A stretch of 64,000 nucleotides of DNA, from assembly GCA_000320545.1 (NCBI GenBank), contig ADNK01003121.1, forward strand, positions 20,062-84,061. The letters run 5' to 3'. The position numbers and the translations under genes were made by a program. Positions within the stretch are counted from its first letter, which is position 1; every line of letters starts with the position of its first letter. This stretch comes from Bigelowiella natans CCMP2755. Its lineage: Eukaryota > Protista > Cercozoa. Shown here piece by piece: positions 14,069 through 28,540 of this stretch. The notes beneath the pieces were generated by a model. It was not told where the DNA came from. It saw only the letters and a program-made list of their open reading frames with translations, and did not search any database.

Positions 14069-14889
14069 CTGTCAAAGTTTGCGGGAGCGGAATCAAGTCA
14101 AAGTTGTAGTATATTGCATGCGGGGGGTTGCTGGTGACGATAATGCTGAGAGAGGTAGAGCGACATTCGAAATAAGAGTGAAGAAGTGGTTTTAGCCATC
14201 CTAAAGAGTAATCCCCACATGCAGCGTGCATGATAAGCATGTTATGATTGTCTAGATGTTGCATGTCGTATATATCACCATCCGCAATACTTCACATGGT
14301 GGCATTTATTAGCAGTCATACATGTAAGTAGCATGAGCCTGCTAAAGCAAAATCTAGAAAATGCTGATACGGATCGAATATATCTAAAACTCAATTAATT
14401 GATACGAGTAACTTAGATATAATAATGTTTGTAGTGCTTGCAGCGCGGCAGAGGCATGATAGCGTGAGGGGCAATGCCAGGCGTTTATGTATGGTCAATC
14501 CCCTGCTGCTTTGGACTTTGCTAGTTTGGATGTACACACACGTACGTATCTTTATCTTTAAACATTATGCTAGCATGACTAACCGCAGCGAATGTACGCA
14601 TGCCGGCGACCAAAGGCAAAGAAACATGATGCAACAGTGATTGTCATGTAGAACATGCTAGCAGCATGCCTACTACACTCATTCGCATATGCACCACAAT
14701 AATCCGCCAGACTAGCAGAGCTAGCTAGCCAGCATCGAATGTGCACGACCGCCATGCAGCAGTGGCAACATCCAGCGCTAGCCATGTTTAGATGTTGTTA
14801 GACGTTTCTTGCGTGATTGCAAATTGAACTGGTTAACCAATACATTTCTTGCAATGATGGCCATGATGATGGTCGTGCGATAACTGAAA

Positions 14890-15804
14890 CTACTCGTCAT
14901 GCATTGCTTGCGAACAGCCTCCATTTCCAGCCGGGACACAGGCACAAAGGCGATGACGATTTTGATTTTGCATTGGTATTTGGTCACATTTAAAAGTGCT
15001 GAACAACCTATTTGCTGCTGTGCCAGAACACTGGAGAGATGTCGATGTTTTGCTCCCGAGCACTTGAGGAACCGCCCCTCCAGTTCCAAAGTTGGTGCTA
15101 TAACTGCTACAACTATTTGCACAAAAATATAGAACCATTTCCAAACATCGGTTTGATATGAGATTGCAGCGTTACAATCTAATTTTTTATAGAAAAAGAC
15201 TGCTAGAATTCTCTCCAACTTTGGCTCACAATTAGGCAAACTTTCGAACGTGAAAAATACGAATTAACATCCAATCTCTCTCGCAATATCATCCAAGTAG
15301 ACCTTGGCCATCCAAGACTATTCAGAACTTGATTCATTTCAGCTAGTGTATCAACTTGTGGGTTGAGGAGATGTAGAGCTTCCTCCGTGCATCTATAATC
15401 AATCTTTTCACAAGCTGTCTTACAAGTGTCGTCAGCATCGGCAACGTGCCATCGCGGATGGCAAGAGCAGGTCTGTTATCAAGCATACCAAACAATTATT
15501 CAATCGATTCCTCATCTCATTTCGAAAGAAAAAATCCCTTGGCAACATACCCGTTTGGTTATAGGATGCGAAGAGCACGTCTCGCCTTTGTACTCGAAGT
15601 TGACCTGAAGGGTTACGTAGTCGACGAAGCAACAGGAATCATCCGCCACGGTTCCAAATGTATTGTGAAACTCGATGCTTGCAGTCGGGCCAGAGGCGGT
15701 GAAGGTCACCGACTTCGCCAGAAATTCAGTATCGCTGGGAGTTCCAGTGAAGAGAGTGCTTCCTGCGGATGAATACAAATCATAAGTGTGAGCTTATAGA
15801 TTCT

Positions 15805-15846
<42 letters not shown>

Positions 15847-17137
15847 GTTTGTGTTCGAGTTGACGAAATACTTCATGTGGAATTTATTTATATCTCTCCA
15901 TCTCAATCCCCAAATCCTAATATTGTCTCAATATTATGGGTGAGCAGACCTCCAACTTTGACTGAGAGTGTACATTTAGGAAAACTTGGACGCGTCGCGT
16001 AAAGAAATGAGATCTTATACGACATTCCTGGCGTGACTGAAACAGTCTGCTTTGCAAATGCACCAAATTTCTTCAAACCCATATACTGGTTTCCAGAATA
16101 GGAATTTAGTCCGCCGTAGGAAGGATTGTTTTGTGGAATTAAGCGCGTTTCTTGGGTTGTCCAGCTATTTGGTGAAGCGGACATGTGGGAAGTCACAGCT
16201 GGATATTCGAATCCACCATTAAGAAGCGGCAGAAACGATTCAAAGTGGTCAGCGCTTGAGCCAGGAAACGATACGGGGCTGAATACTGGAGTGCTTGGAC
16301 CGCTTGCTCGTTCGTTCGCGCTCTATCAAACATGAACATGATGACTTAGTTTATTATAGAAGGAATTTCACAGTAGAACCATAGAAGTAGCTGCGTGGCT
16401 ACTACGTTGCGAGTATGCATATGCTTGCGAGCCTTTTCTCTGAGCGCGGCAGAGCAACAACGTACCGATGCTGTCAGGTAGACATTGTTATAATTTCCAC
16501 ACAGCGCCTTTATCGTCACCGCTCCCGAACCCGCACTAGGTGACATCTGAAACGACACACGACCCATCATCGAAAATTTCTTATTCGTAACTGAAGTACG
16601 AGATGGGCATACCCAAGTGTATTGCTGCGTTGTCACTTTGGAGTCCATACTTCTGCAAGTTGGGGACGAGCTTGATCCCCCAGAAGTAAGAGTACCAGCG
16701 GATACCACCTTGAGTAAGGACGAATAAGATGTTGTCAGAAACCACAGTGCTTCCTCTGAAGACACACACGGGAAACAACGAGCTTACGAGCTTGTTCGCA
16801 AGTTGGAGACCGCCGTGTTGTACTGTGATAGTGTAGCTGGTAGAGGTGGAGTACTCAGTAGGAATGCCACTCATCGAACACTTCGTTGCATCTTCCTGCA
16901 ATTAGAGTGAACTTAGATTTACGATCCTCCTAGGCAGAATTATAGACACGACGTAATAATGTGACACGACGTAATATTATGTCTATTATCGGAACTCACC
17001 TCCAAAGCTGCTGCATTCATATGTCCAAAGCTCTTGCCCCTAAACCAACCGGCTGCATTGCAGTCGTATCTTGACGGCCGAGCCTCAGCGCCACTCAGAA
17101 AGACGAAGCAGAGGATGGACTGCAGCGCTGCAGCCAT
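14890..17137 (-). CDS. Secreted or surface protein: signal peptide, Reeler-like domain, DUF642/galactose-binding-like domain, Cys-rich C-terminal module
   Basis: MAAALQSILCFVFLSGAEARPSRYDC signal peptide; YTWVCPS..GAVTIKALCG; GNQYMGLK..AKQTVSVTPGMSYKISFLYATRP; TCKTACEKIDYRC..VPQV..C..RHRLCAC. Confidence 0.6.
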
Positions 17138-17319
17138 GGCTGGGGTTCCCACGATGCGATTATCTTCTGCGACTTGTGATTTCCTTGTCGCAGTTAATTC
17201 ATGCACTGCCAAATTTACACTGGGATGATGTACAGGTGCTCGTTATTGCCAGAGATTCACATTTCTCTTGCCTTGTCTCTGCAGTTACAGCACGGTACTT
17301 TTAAGTCGATCGGAGAGTA

Positions 17320-17710
17320 GATTCGAGTCTCAGGAGAGACTCCCAAAAGTCGGCTTGCAGCTTGCCGCTGCCTTCAGCCAAATGCCTCTGCAAGTCGTCA
17401 AAATTTTCTCTTTCCTCTGAGGCAGATGGAGGCGAAACAAGCCCTTCATTTTCCTTGGTGGCCTTGTTGATTCGGGAGGAAGTGAATCGAATGGTTTGGC
17501 ACTTTTGATGACCTGCCTGTCTAGCTGTGTCAGCTGACAAGCCAGCGGGTTTTTGTTTCACAGAATCACTCCATCCATTCTGTGGCATTCATTCATGCAT
17601 TCTCAACTGCCACCATGGAAACGCTTCAATTCATCATTCATGTGATCGCACACGCCACGCAGGACCACCAGAAGTGAGTTTGCGCATGCTCGCGAATGTC
17701 CATGCGGATG
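17320..17710. other. TpA-depleted degenerate island (probable decayed repeat)
   Basis: About 390 bp with a single TA, which lies in CTAG at 17521. Confidence 0.7.
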
Positions 17711-18050
17711 TAGATGTACTCGCTTATGCATTGCCGCGCGCATGCAACACGCACAGTCCAGCTAGAGAATGCACAATTGTTATACATATTGTAGGACGTT
17801 GATGTTGTTCAAAATCGAGATTTCAATAATCATCAGCTGCAGTTACGGCAGTGATGACAACGTCTAGAACATCTTGTGCGTTTTGCGCAAGGCTTATAGG
17901 CTAGTAGGGCGCCATTGACATTAATCACTGCGTGCATGCATCCATCCAACGGCCAACGTGAGTAGATCCACAGCTTAGGTGAGAGCATACTGTGCGAATT
18001 TGCTCATAATAAGGTCACAAACCTGGCTTTCATCATATACTCATACTAAG

Positions 18051-19352
18051 CTATCCTTCAGCAATATCGCCGCACAAAGGCATCTTCAATTCTCCATTGT
18101 AACTGGTAGCCCCAGCTCCCCGCTTGTGAACCTGTTTGGTTGTAACTTGAGCGGTAGTGGCGAAAATCTTAATGGTAAATCATGGTACTTCATAAAACGA
18201 AAGTTCATTATCATCGATTGCGAATCATTTATCGTGATCATAGTTACCGCTAGTGCCTTTGGGTCAATAATGGGAATATCCGTGCTTGCACTGGAAACAA
18301 AGACACAAGGGAAAATATGCGAACAATAAGAATTTACAAGTGAGAATGGTTAAAATTGGCTGCGAATATGATTACCTGAAAAGATTAATTTATTTAAAAT
18401 ATATATATCTATATAACTATCCCCTCACTAGTTCCTTCGAACTATTCCTCTATTGTTCCGTACGTCACTTAGACAAAGACAAATACATATATTACGGGTA
18501 GCCGCCCCGAAGAACTCGAAAGTCTTGGTAACTGTCTCCAAAATTGTTGTCATTTTCATCATTCCGCCTCAGCCACAAAGAGGATGAGGATGAGGATGGA
18601 CCTACACAGAATCAAGGAAACATTCAATATAAGGCAGTGTGAGTTGGTTTATCGCTTTATCAAAATAACAGCGCTACTGTTGTCACTACAACTCCCTTCT
18701 ACTGCCCCCATTGTTTCTTCTTCTCCTACTACAGCTCTTCATCAATAGTTGTACCGTTATTGTTCTTCCTTGCCTTCTTCATATATTTCCTCCCTTCTGT
18801 GCACGTACGCATAAATTACAAAACATTAGTAAATAAGCTTCGGAGAGTGATCAAGGTTTCTGCTATGATCAATGCCCTTCATTCATGCAGAAAGGGAAGA
18901 AAAAAACACCGAGATGGAATTATTACTTTTGCACGCAAGCAACTGGCTGCTGCTACTGCCATCGCCAATAGTCACCCGAGAAGATGATGAAGGGGAGCAG
19001 CAAGAGCACAATGACAGGTACTTTCCGCAGACAATCTGTGGAAAATATCACAGAGAGGAGCAAGCGGGGGGAGGGGGAGGGAGGAGGAATCAGAACTGAA
19101 ATACACATTTGAGGTTGTTGGTTTCCTCCTACCAGTAATAAGCACACGAGCAAGACCATTCGAATGGTTAGATCTTGATAATTCTCATCTAAGCACTCGA
19201 CTAGAATGAAGTAACAGCAGGGGAGGAAGCGGCAATAGCAGCAGTGGAGAAGAAACACATTTATCTGTTAGAATGTGACTACTACTACGACTGTGGAACA
19301 ATTGAAATAGGATGTGGCGGCATGGTAATAAGGATGATGATGATGATGATAG

Positions 19353-19386
<34 letters not shown>

Positions 19387-19954
19387 AACCTAGAGCTGCA
19401 CATGCAAGCCCGAAGAAAAAACCGGCGACAACTTCTTGTGATCGGTGCCCTGATGAATAATACGTATGATGGAAGGCATTGATTCGTAAACGACCATCAG
19501 ACAGATAAATAAATCAATAAACAATTGGTAATATCATTCTGTATGGTGTTTAGTCCTGCCAACAACACCTCTGCTTTGTTCAACAATACGATGATGGCAA
19601 ATAAAGATTAAAGAGCTCGAATCTTCGTTATTGGCTATAATTTGAAGATCTTCTTAGGGCATTAAATACCACCCATCCCACCCCCTTCTTCCTTATATTA
19701 TAAATCAAATTCTCATTACCAAGTTTTTCTTTCAGAGGGGACTGCCGCAAATTTTCGAACATCTAAACATGAACATAATGAACAACAATGGGAGGGGGAA
19801 GCGAAGCGTAAAAGTCGATGCCACCACCCCCTCCTCCCCCCTTCACTCCCCATTCCCCTTTCATCGAAGCAAGTAAGGATGCATTACTCTCATTGTATTC
19901 GTGCTTGTTGCCCGTCGTAGGCCGGCATTCTCCATCCTCACCACCTGTGCGTGT

Positions 19955-19994
<40 letters not shown>

Positions 19995-21840
19995 TGTATG
20001 TTCATAGTGCGGAGACAAAAAATCATCGACAATTTTTCGTGGTAAGAAGTCATGACTTTTACGATCGCCGTCATTACGACTATTCCCTGCTGCATGCTAC
20101 TGGAGTCGTAGCTTCCAACAACAATCTCTCATTATAGCAGTCCCCATCCCCCCCCCCCACTCACAACACCTCTGCTACTACACTCCAAATACTACCGCAT
20201 TGATAAATCTTGCATGTCGTGACGCCGCCCACCGTACTCCCATTGCGTCGTGTGCTTTTCATGACGTGAAAACAAAACGTAACTACACGCATAATTCGCT
20301 CGTGTTTAGGTGTAAAACCACCCCAACAAGGCAAATATCGGCTAAATACGGTATATCCATTGAGCACAAACAAGGAGGGTGGTGGTACTACCGATTACAA
20401 GGGTAATAATGGCGGCTAGACCGAAAAGATAGCTGTCGAATCCGTGATGTAGCCCTATTGTCATCACCTGGATGGTGTGTACGTTGTCTTCAAGAGGAGG
20501 AGGAATAGGAGGGGTATGATGATAAACTATCACTGATTCTATAAGAACTAGCACTACTGCCCTAATCTACTACTTAAAACATACCACAGCGCTACAGCAT
20601 GATGTGTGAGAGCTTGGCATGCCTCCCGCCTTGAAGATAATTAGATTAAGTGGGTTATTACACTTGATGACATTCTGGTGAAGGGGTGTTAATATAAATT
20701 GCCGCCTTCTTTACCTCTCCTACTCTCCAGCACTCCCAAGAAACACGTCTCAAATAAATCCAAGACAGCAAAGAATGCATGGGTGCCTTTACCACCTACT
20801 CAGCAGGTAAATTTTATGTTAATAGCCTAATATCATTGAGAAGTGTCGCAGCAAACGCCGTCCATGTTACTACATAAACCGTGCTATGTGAGTACTACGG
20901 TACAAAGACAATAGCTGCTGCTTCGACTCACTTACTTGGGTGAGTAAGCATGTCGTCAACCCCACTATGAGGACTCTATTGTTGATCAACACCCACAGAT
21001 CTGATAGCAAATCACGATGCTGTTTTGACTGGCTACCCCCATTCGCACCAAAGTGCTGCTGCTTCTGCTGCCGTTGCGTCTGGGATGATGATGATGTCGG
21101 CGATGATGATAACGATGAATCGTTGCTAAATGCTTTTGACGATAGAACTTCGCGCAAAAAGAATGGAGCGCCCAGCATGGATTTTGACAGAGCGTCTCCT
21201 TGTGTGAGAGGGGTAGGAAGTTGACGAAGATGGCTCCCCGTCAGAATGTTGTTGCTTATCATTATCGAAGACAATCCCAACATAGCCTGGAAGAAGAAGG
21301 AGAAGGAATAAAGAAACGGAAAAATAGGTTGAATACTCAAATGATCATGACAATATGGAAATCTAAATGTCGGTGTCAAAAGAGATGGAGATGTAGTTAT
21401 TACCACCAAGATAACAACAGAGCAGCCAAATATAAAACGGGGGTTGTCTGTTCTACATTTCCCGGTAGGAGCATCCTCTGCTATCGGAGTTTGGAGACCT
21501 ACTTCGTCGCAATACCCATCAAGTAGACTGTTGCTTCTGTCCCGAAGAAGGGGCCGATACAGAATAATTGTACTGCGAATATCCGTTGAATAATAGCCCA
21601 TTTTGCCTGATGGTCGTTCCCTGTTGCAGTTAAGAGTGATACCAAGAATGAAAAATGTATCGCACGGAGGCTGTAGAAAGTGTGACGATTACCTTCAAGG
21701 GCTAGTTTGTAGCCGGGAGAAAAGGGCAGCTGGTGCACAAACTAACACCTATTTTCATCATCGTTGTTTTTGCAATAGTGAAACCATCGAGAGTGCGAGC
21801 AAAAGGTGACGGCGAACAAGATTTTTGCGTGCATTATGCA
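18051..21840 (-). CDS. DUF212 (acid phosphatase/vanadium haloperoxidase-related, divergent PAP2, YuiD-like) membrane protein with long N- and C-terminal extensions
   Basis: Exon motifs NNRVLIVGLTTCLLTQVVK, AGGMPSSHTS (about 20600-20630), IGLHHGFDSYLFG, HDAMGVR and HRSQEVVAGFFFG match the family pattern GGMPSSHSA..GF.S..F..YDA.GVR..GH...V.AG. Ends approximate. Confidence 0.8.
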
Positions 21841-23002
21841 TGCTTCTTACACAAGAGCTTGTAGCTAGCCTCACCTACAACGTGCTCGCTTGGCAGCCAT
21901 ACCGGGACATCCTTTCTCTTGGCCAAGAGCACACCCCCACTAGAGGTTTTGGTTTGTGCAAAGAAAGGCAGTTTCGATGCTGATCTTTAGGATGTTTTCG
22001 GTGCAACTTCATTTCAATATTTTATATTTATAAATAAATATACTTTATCCTCTTCGTTCGGAAAGAAGCTTAACAAAATTCCTCGGTAAAACTACCTAAT
22101 ATTTAGATCATAGTCATATGAGTATGGAATTACCTATAGAGCCTTCCGATTGGTGCATGAACTTAGACGATTTTATCCCTGTTAATGAATGATGTTGAAG
22201 TCGTCAATAATGATCATCCTTTATTTTACTTCTCGAAAGCATTCCTCAAGAGCGTAAAGCAAGCATTAACTCTTAAAACCCCCTTCTTCTCGCCGATGAA
22301 AATGTCGACGTCGAGGGGGGGTCTAAAATAGTCTAAAATGTAGGGGTTAGTTCCAATGAGACTTCCTAGGACTTCGTATATTTTTCAGATTATATTTTTC
22401 GATACTCCACAAATATTAATTGTGAAATTGTCCAAGCGTCAATGAATATTCACATTCTTTATTCTTTTTATATTATTTTTAAATATTCTTCGATTAAAAA
22501 TTTCTAATCCCAATATTTGAAAAAGTGCAACATGTGAACAGCACTTGTTTTAACAGGCCTAGTGCTCCGATTTGACCAGTACGACATCTGTATTTGGAGG
22601 ACGTACAAGAAATTCAGGTCCCAAAAACGGGAAAAGAATGCAGTGATTGGCATAGTTGTTCGCTGTAGTCTTGGGCCGTCGAGCGGAAACTAGGTTCGCT
22701 ATAACGACAACAACTCTAAGTCTGACCCGCTGTTGGTGCATAGGGATACAGATGTTTTCGGGGTAGAAAAGTCCAAAAAAGGAAAGAATGGGAACATGCT
22801 AAAGTTCTTAGCATGTTTCAGGTCAGGAAATATTTAATCCTAGAAGGAGCAAGCGGCGATCAGGACGAAAGCTCCTCCAGCAGCCACGGGAGGAATGCAG
22901 GGGGGCAATGACGACAAAAGTAGCGCTCAAACTAGTCAAAGAGAGAAAGTTAGGGAAAGCAAACGAAGGTTTGTTGATAGGTTATGAAAAATATGTTCGT
23001 GA

Positions 23003-23761
23003 ATGATATCTCCACGTTGCAGCTCGGAAAGCAAGATGACCGAGGAGGATTCCAGCACTCATAATGACAACGGAGACTCCAACCCTGAGCATGGGAGTGG
23101 ATATCACAAAAATGCTGATCAAAACAGTGATGAGTATGGCTACAATCCAAAGAGTGAGGAAACGGCCCCTCCGGTAACCATAAACAAGAAAGGAACGAAG
23201 AGGCAATGGAGCAATGGCGACGAAAGTAGTGCGCAAGCTCAATCTAGCCGAAGGAAGAAAGTTCGGAAGGACGAACCAAGGTTTCTCGATGTGATATAAT
23301 AACATGCTTGTGAGTTGACAATTATACGATCTTACAGCAGCTCGGACAGCAAAAAGGCTGAGGAAGTTGACTATGGAGAATCGTATGAACCAGAGTACGG
23401 GGGCGATTATAACAGCAATGACGACGATAAAAGCGGCGATTACGGCTATAACCCAAATGATAGTGAGTCTTGATATATAGAATGCTGGTAGTCTCTTTCA
23501 TTTCTGATGCCAAGCTGTAACGAAAGGTGGTGACTACAATGATGATGCGGGAGGTCCAGATTATGGCAACAATGATGGTGATGGTGGGGATGGTGGTGGA
23601 TATTACCCAGAAGCTGACTACGGAGACGCTCCTCCCACTCCACCTTCTCTCGATTCCCAGTCTGCTGCTGCTGCTTCAAATACCGATAATGCATGTCGTC
23701 ACATGATAAGGGGGACGGGGGAAAGTCAAAGGCTGAGAGAATGATGGCGAAAATGGGGTAG

Positions 23762-23800
<39 letters not shown>

Positions 23801-24377
23801 ATGCGTGTGCATACTATATCAGAATTTTGATTTTCCTCTTCGTTCGGAGAGACATTGTTCCGAAAAACATAATTTTCCAAAAAGGAACACACACACGCAC
23901 TCTCTTACACATTTGTTGCGCCCAGGTATAAAAGCGGTATGGGGCTTGGGCGTGCAGGTCAGGGAAGGCTGAACCCGGTTTTAGAGAGCACCCAAGTCTC
24001 GCGACAAGGCCTTGGCTTCGCAGCTGCTCGAGAGGTGATGATTGAAATTATATCTTGGGCAGAGGAGGGTGTGTTGTGAATTCATGTCCTTTGATGGAAA
24101 AGCCCTATCCCATTGCTTTAAGTTTTACATCTTTTGCCGCATACGATACCGACTAAATAACAGGAGATGAAAGAAGAGCTCGATGACTCACAGGATGCCG
24201 ACTTAGAGGTAGTAGTTGAGATCTATTTCATTTGTCCGACATTGCAATGACTGGCACACGCAATTGGAGTGTAGAAAGGAGAGATTATTGACTTGATAGC
24301 AATCATCAACTCTTGCACAGGTGAGTTGGTGATGGTGATGAATGTGGATGATGGCGATGATGATGATAATGAAAATG

Positions 24378-24414
<37 letters not shown>

Positions 24415-26272
24415 GGGCGTTGTGGAAGTTAATGTTCAGCTTGAGGTCAAGTGGGCTCCGGAGGATACTGGACCAGGTAAATGGTGATGATCATGATAAC
24501 GAGGAGGATGATAAATCACATCATGCTGCCAGTATTCTTAATATTTCGACTATTGGTAATTGTTAGTTCCTCAAAGAATTCCTCGAGAATGGATGGTTAC
24601 GGTACTAATAATAACTCTCCTCCCCGTGCTACTGCTGCTGCTGCAGCTAATGATACTTGTACTCATGTCGTATAACAATGAAGTGTCCATTTGAGTAACT
24701 ACTAGTAGTAGTAATAGTAGAAACCGCTGTTTTACACATCAGCATTTTCTTCAGATGCCAAATAATACTCAAGATACACAATCCATTGTATGTAGAGCGA
24801 CCTTCATACTTACCTTCTTCGTGGCTGTTACCATTCACATCACAAATCGTTTAAAAACTACTCCTGTTATCTCTTCTTCTACCTGCAGGGTAGTGATATA
24901 ATGTTTGAGTCTTCTGAAGTCACCGAGTTCAGGAAGCAAGAAGCTCAAAAACAGCATTTGCATTCCTCGTCGAGAAACGTTGACAAGGTCGAATGAGCTG
25001 CCCTTACGCTCGTTCGTTTGCTAAGCTCTGAAGCATTTTCATTATCAGCTGTTCTCATGATACCCATGCCCCCCCCCCCCCCATGAATAATTAAATATCA
25101 CTATTTCGTATGGAAAATGAATCGTTCTTTGTAGTGACCGATATATTTGTCATGCAGGTGCCCCCTCCTCCAGGCTATTACTGCCGTTTGTGCGATGTTC
25201 TTCTCCTAGAATCAGCGTCGCCGTCACTGCAGAGTAATAGTGGCAACGATGATGATAGGTCTGAATAAGCATACGCTACTGCACGTAGCTGAGTGGAGCG
25301 CCAATGAATCATCTTGCACACAATCAGCAGCATCGTAGTCATAGCAGTAGTCATAGCAGCCACACACAGTGCAAAACTGAATAACTATGATACGCAGCAC
25401 ATCATTCCAATTTGTTAGTGAAGAACCTTCATGGTATAATATATATCGAGAGGATATTTTGCTGACATATTCGTCTCATTCGTAAACTGAAAAAGTACTA
25501 CCAACTCTATTCTTGCTATTTTCATTTTATTATATGTGTACGCCTCCCTGCTGCCTCTTTTCTTAGAATGTCGTCGTTGAAGGCAAAACTGGCGGAGCAC
25601 GAAAAGAGCGATTTGCACCAAGAGCGAATGCGTGTTATGTGCGGTGAGGATGATGAGATAATACATGACAGATAGTTTTGACGGTGATGATTATGATGAT
25701 GACGATGATGATGATGATGGTCGTTATCTGGACTCGAGCAATCATCATCGATCCTCGATTGCGAACCAAATATTAAGCATGGAATTTCGGGAATCAAGCC
25801 TCTTTCCTACTTCGCTTACGAGTGTATCGTCGTTTGTTGTGTTGCACTGCATTCTAGGCGAGTATGGCTCCATCGCCCTGCAGAGAAAAATCTTCACAGC
25901 AAAGTCACGCTTTGATGACATCGACGATAGGACATTCCGAAACGCTAGGTGAGGAGTTTATGTATGCTGAGTAGTGTAGTACCTTAGTGCCTTACCTCCT
26001 CCTGCTGCTGTGCGCATATTAATCGATGAGAAGATCATCCTATCAGCTCTATTTCCCTCATCATAATTATTTCCATTTGGCTTTCTCCTCCTCCATCGCC
26101 CATTTTTCGTCCATGGAAGAACACGATCCAACCCTTTTGAGCTGATAAAGAAGGAAGGTTAGACAAAGAGTAGAAGAAGAAAAACAAAACGAAAAAGAAA
26201 ATAATGCTGCAATAATGGCCATCACAATTTTCGTTGCTCATTCCTTGTTTCCCTCACCCACCCACTCTCACC

Positions 26273-26327
<55 letters not shown>

Positions 26328-27073
26328 ACACACACACACACACACACACACCCTTACTTACTTACTTTATATATGATCACATGCTCGTAGCGTAACTCAA
26401 GGTCATTTGTCTCACTAGAATTTTTTGTCATTCATCACCACCATTGCCATTATCATCGTCGTCGCCATTGTCATCATCATAATTATCATCATAATCATCA
26501 TATCCAATGGTCGCAGGTTTCCAAAACCGGGCTGCCTTGAAAATGGCTGAGATGGACGCGATGACCAAGCGCCTCTTCACCTTGCAACCTCAGGTATACT
26601 TTTCCCATTCAAGTAGCATCGTTTGACTTTTTGTGATAAAGATGATGCCAAAGAGGATAACGATGGTGACAGTGAGCATGATGATGACAATGATAGTGAT
26701 GATATTTTTAACTAAGAATTTGGAAGCACGTGAACGAATGAAGCGACCAGGAGGGGAAAGGCGGCCAGTGTATTTTGCCGACATTTGTGCAGGACCTGGT
26801 GGATTCAGCGAATTCATGCTAAGCGTCCTCAAATGGAGGGTAATACTACTACTGGTAGTAGTAATAGTGGCTTGCTCTCGTTTCATCATTTCACGACCAC
26901 AATGACGTATGTATGCAAACAACCTGCGGCTGTAAATTTGCGACAACGTAAAACCAATCAAATCACTTCCGCATGGTCCTCCTCCTCCTCCTCCTCCTCG
27001 TCCTGCTTCAGGCTAAGGGCTTTGGCTTTACCCTGAGAGGGAGCAACGATTTCAAATTGTAAGAAGAAGAATG

Positions 27074-27104
<31 letters not shown>

Positions 27105-28320
27105 ACAAAAAGCAATGCCAACTCAGAATATCGATTCCTAACGCATATTCTCCCATTACCAGTGCCATATATCATGTGGACCTTGATGATAAGCTATCAC
27201 CTCTCCCTAGCTCTACGTCCCTCCCCCCTCTTGCAATATCACTTTGCCTGCCCCTCTGCCTGTCCCCAACACTATTTATATGTATTGATTATTGATTGCC
27301 GATGATTAGATACAAATTCAATCCGAGCTCTATCCCACAAGCTTTCAGGGCATTCTACGGGGTACTTACTACTAGTAGCAATTGCAGTGTGCCAGCAGTT
27401 TTGCTTGAATGCATTGGCGATTTCCTTGTTTCATTGCATTCGTTGCCTCTGCTACTACTACGTCGCTGCTGGGGTATGGTATGACACATACCGATGAGCG
27501 AAGAGAAGATGACGTACACACCGCCCATCCTTTATTGTTACCACATCATCGTCGCATCAGGTGGATGATACCGGAGATATAACAAAAACAGCTAATATGA
27601 GGGACTTTCAGCGGAAGGTAACTGCTACCACTCACATACCGTCTACACGTGGGTATGAATCATCACTAGCCAGCCGTTGATTGAGAAAGGGGGGGGAGGG
27701 GGGAGGGGGGGGGGGGATGGATGGAATACTTCTGGGTCATCAACAAGCATCTTCTAGGGATTCAATGGGACTGAAAATGGAGGGGTGCACATGGTACTTG
27801 CTGACGGGGGATTTTCTGTCCGGGGAGGACGAGAGAATCAGCAAGAATTGCTTTCACAGCAGCTGGTGGGTGGGTGGGTGGGTGGGTGGTGTGTATCGGT
27901 CTAACAACAACCAAATAGTAGAGTAGGAGGAGGAGGAGGAGGAGGGGAGGGACGATGGAAGTATATGGAGTATTTGTGATTATATTTGTAATATCAGTGT
28001 ATACTATGCACCCAGGTTCTCTGTCAATTCACAACAGCTCTAATGACATTACGTAAAGGTCAATTGTTTCTCCATAGCAGATATATCCCACCATTATCAT
28101 CATCATCACCATCATTATTTCTCTCGATGAATCAACAACAATAGCACTAGCAACACCATCGTTATCGTTCAAAGCGGCTATGTGCTTCTTCTTCTTCTTC
28201 TTCTTCTTCTTCTTCTTCTTCTTCTTCTTCCAGGGGGCACGTTTGTGTGCAAGTTATTTGATACGTTCTTGCCGTTCACGGTCCATTGCATGTACATACT
28301 GAAAAGGTTGCTATCAAATC

Positions 28321-28352
<32 letters not shown>

Positions 28353-28500
28353 AGGGACGAAATCGATAGAAATAAAGAGAGAAAGGGAGAGGGGCAAGGG
28401 GGGGAGGAGGCGGAAGAGAAGGCGGTACTCTTGTCATGATGATGGATGCCCTTGTGTAATTCCAGCTAAATCGATTCTATATATATATAAATATAATAAT

Positions 28501-28540
<40 letters not shown>

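Noticed and set aside
20240-20256. HDAMGVR instead of YDAxGVR in DUF212 as evidence of TA->CA mutation in a host gene
   Set aside because: Single site in TA-rich surroundings; ordinary divergence suffices.
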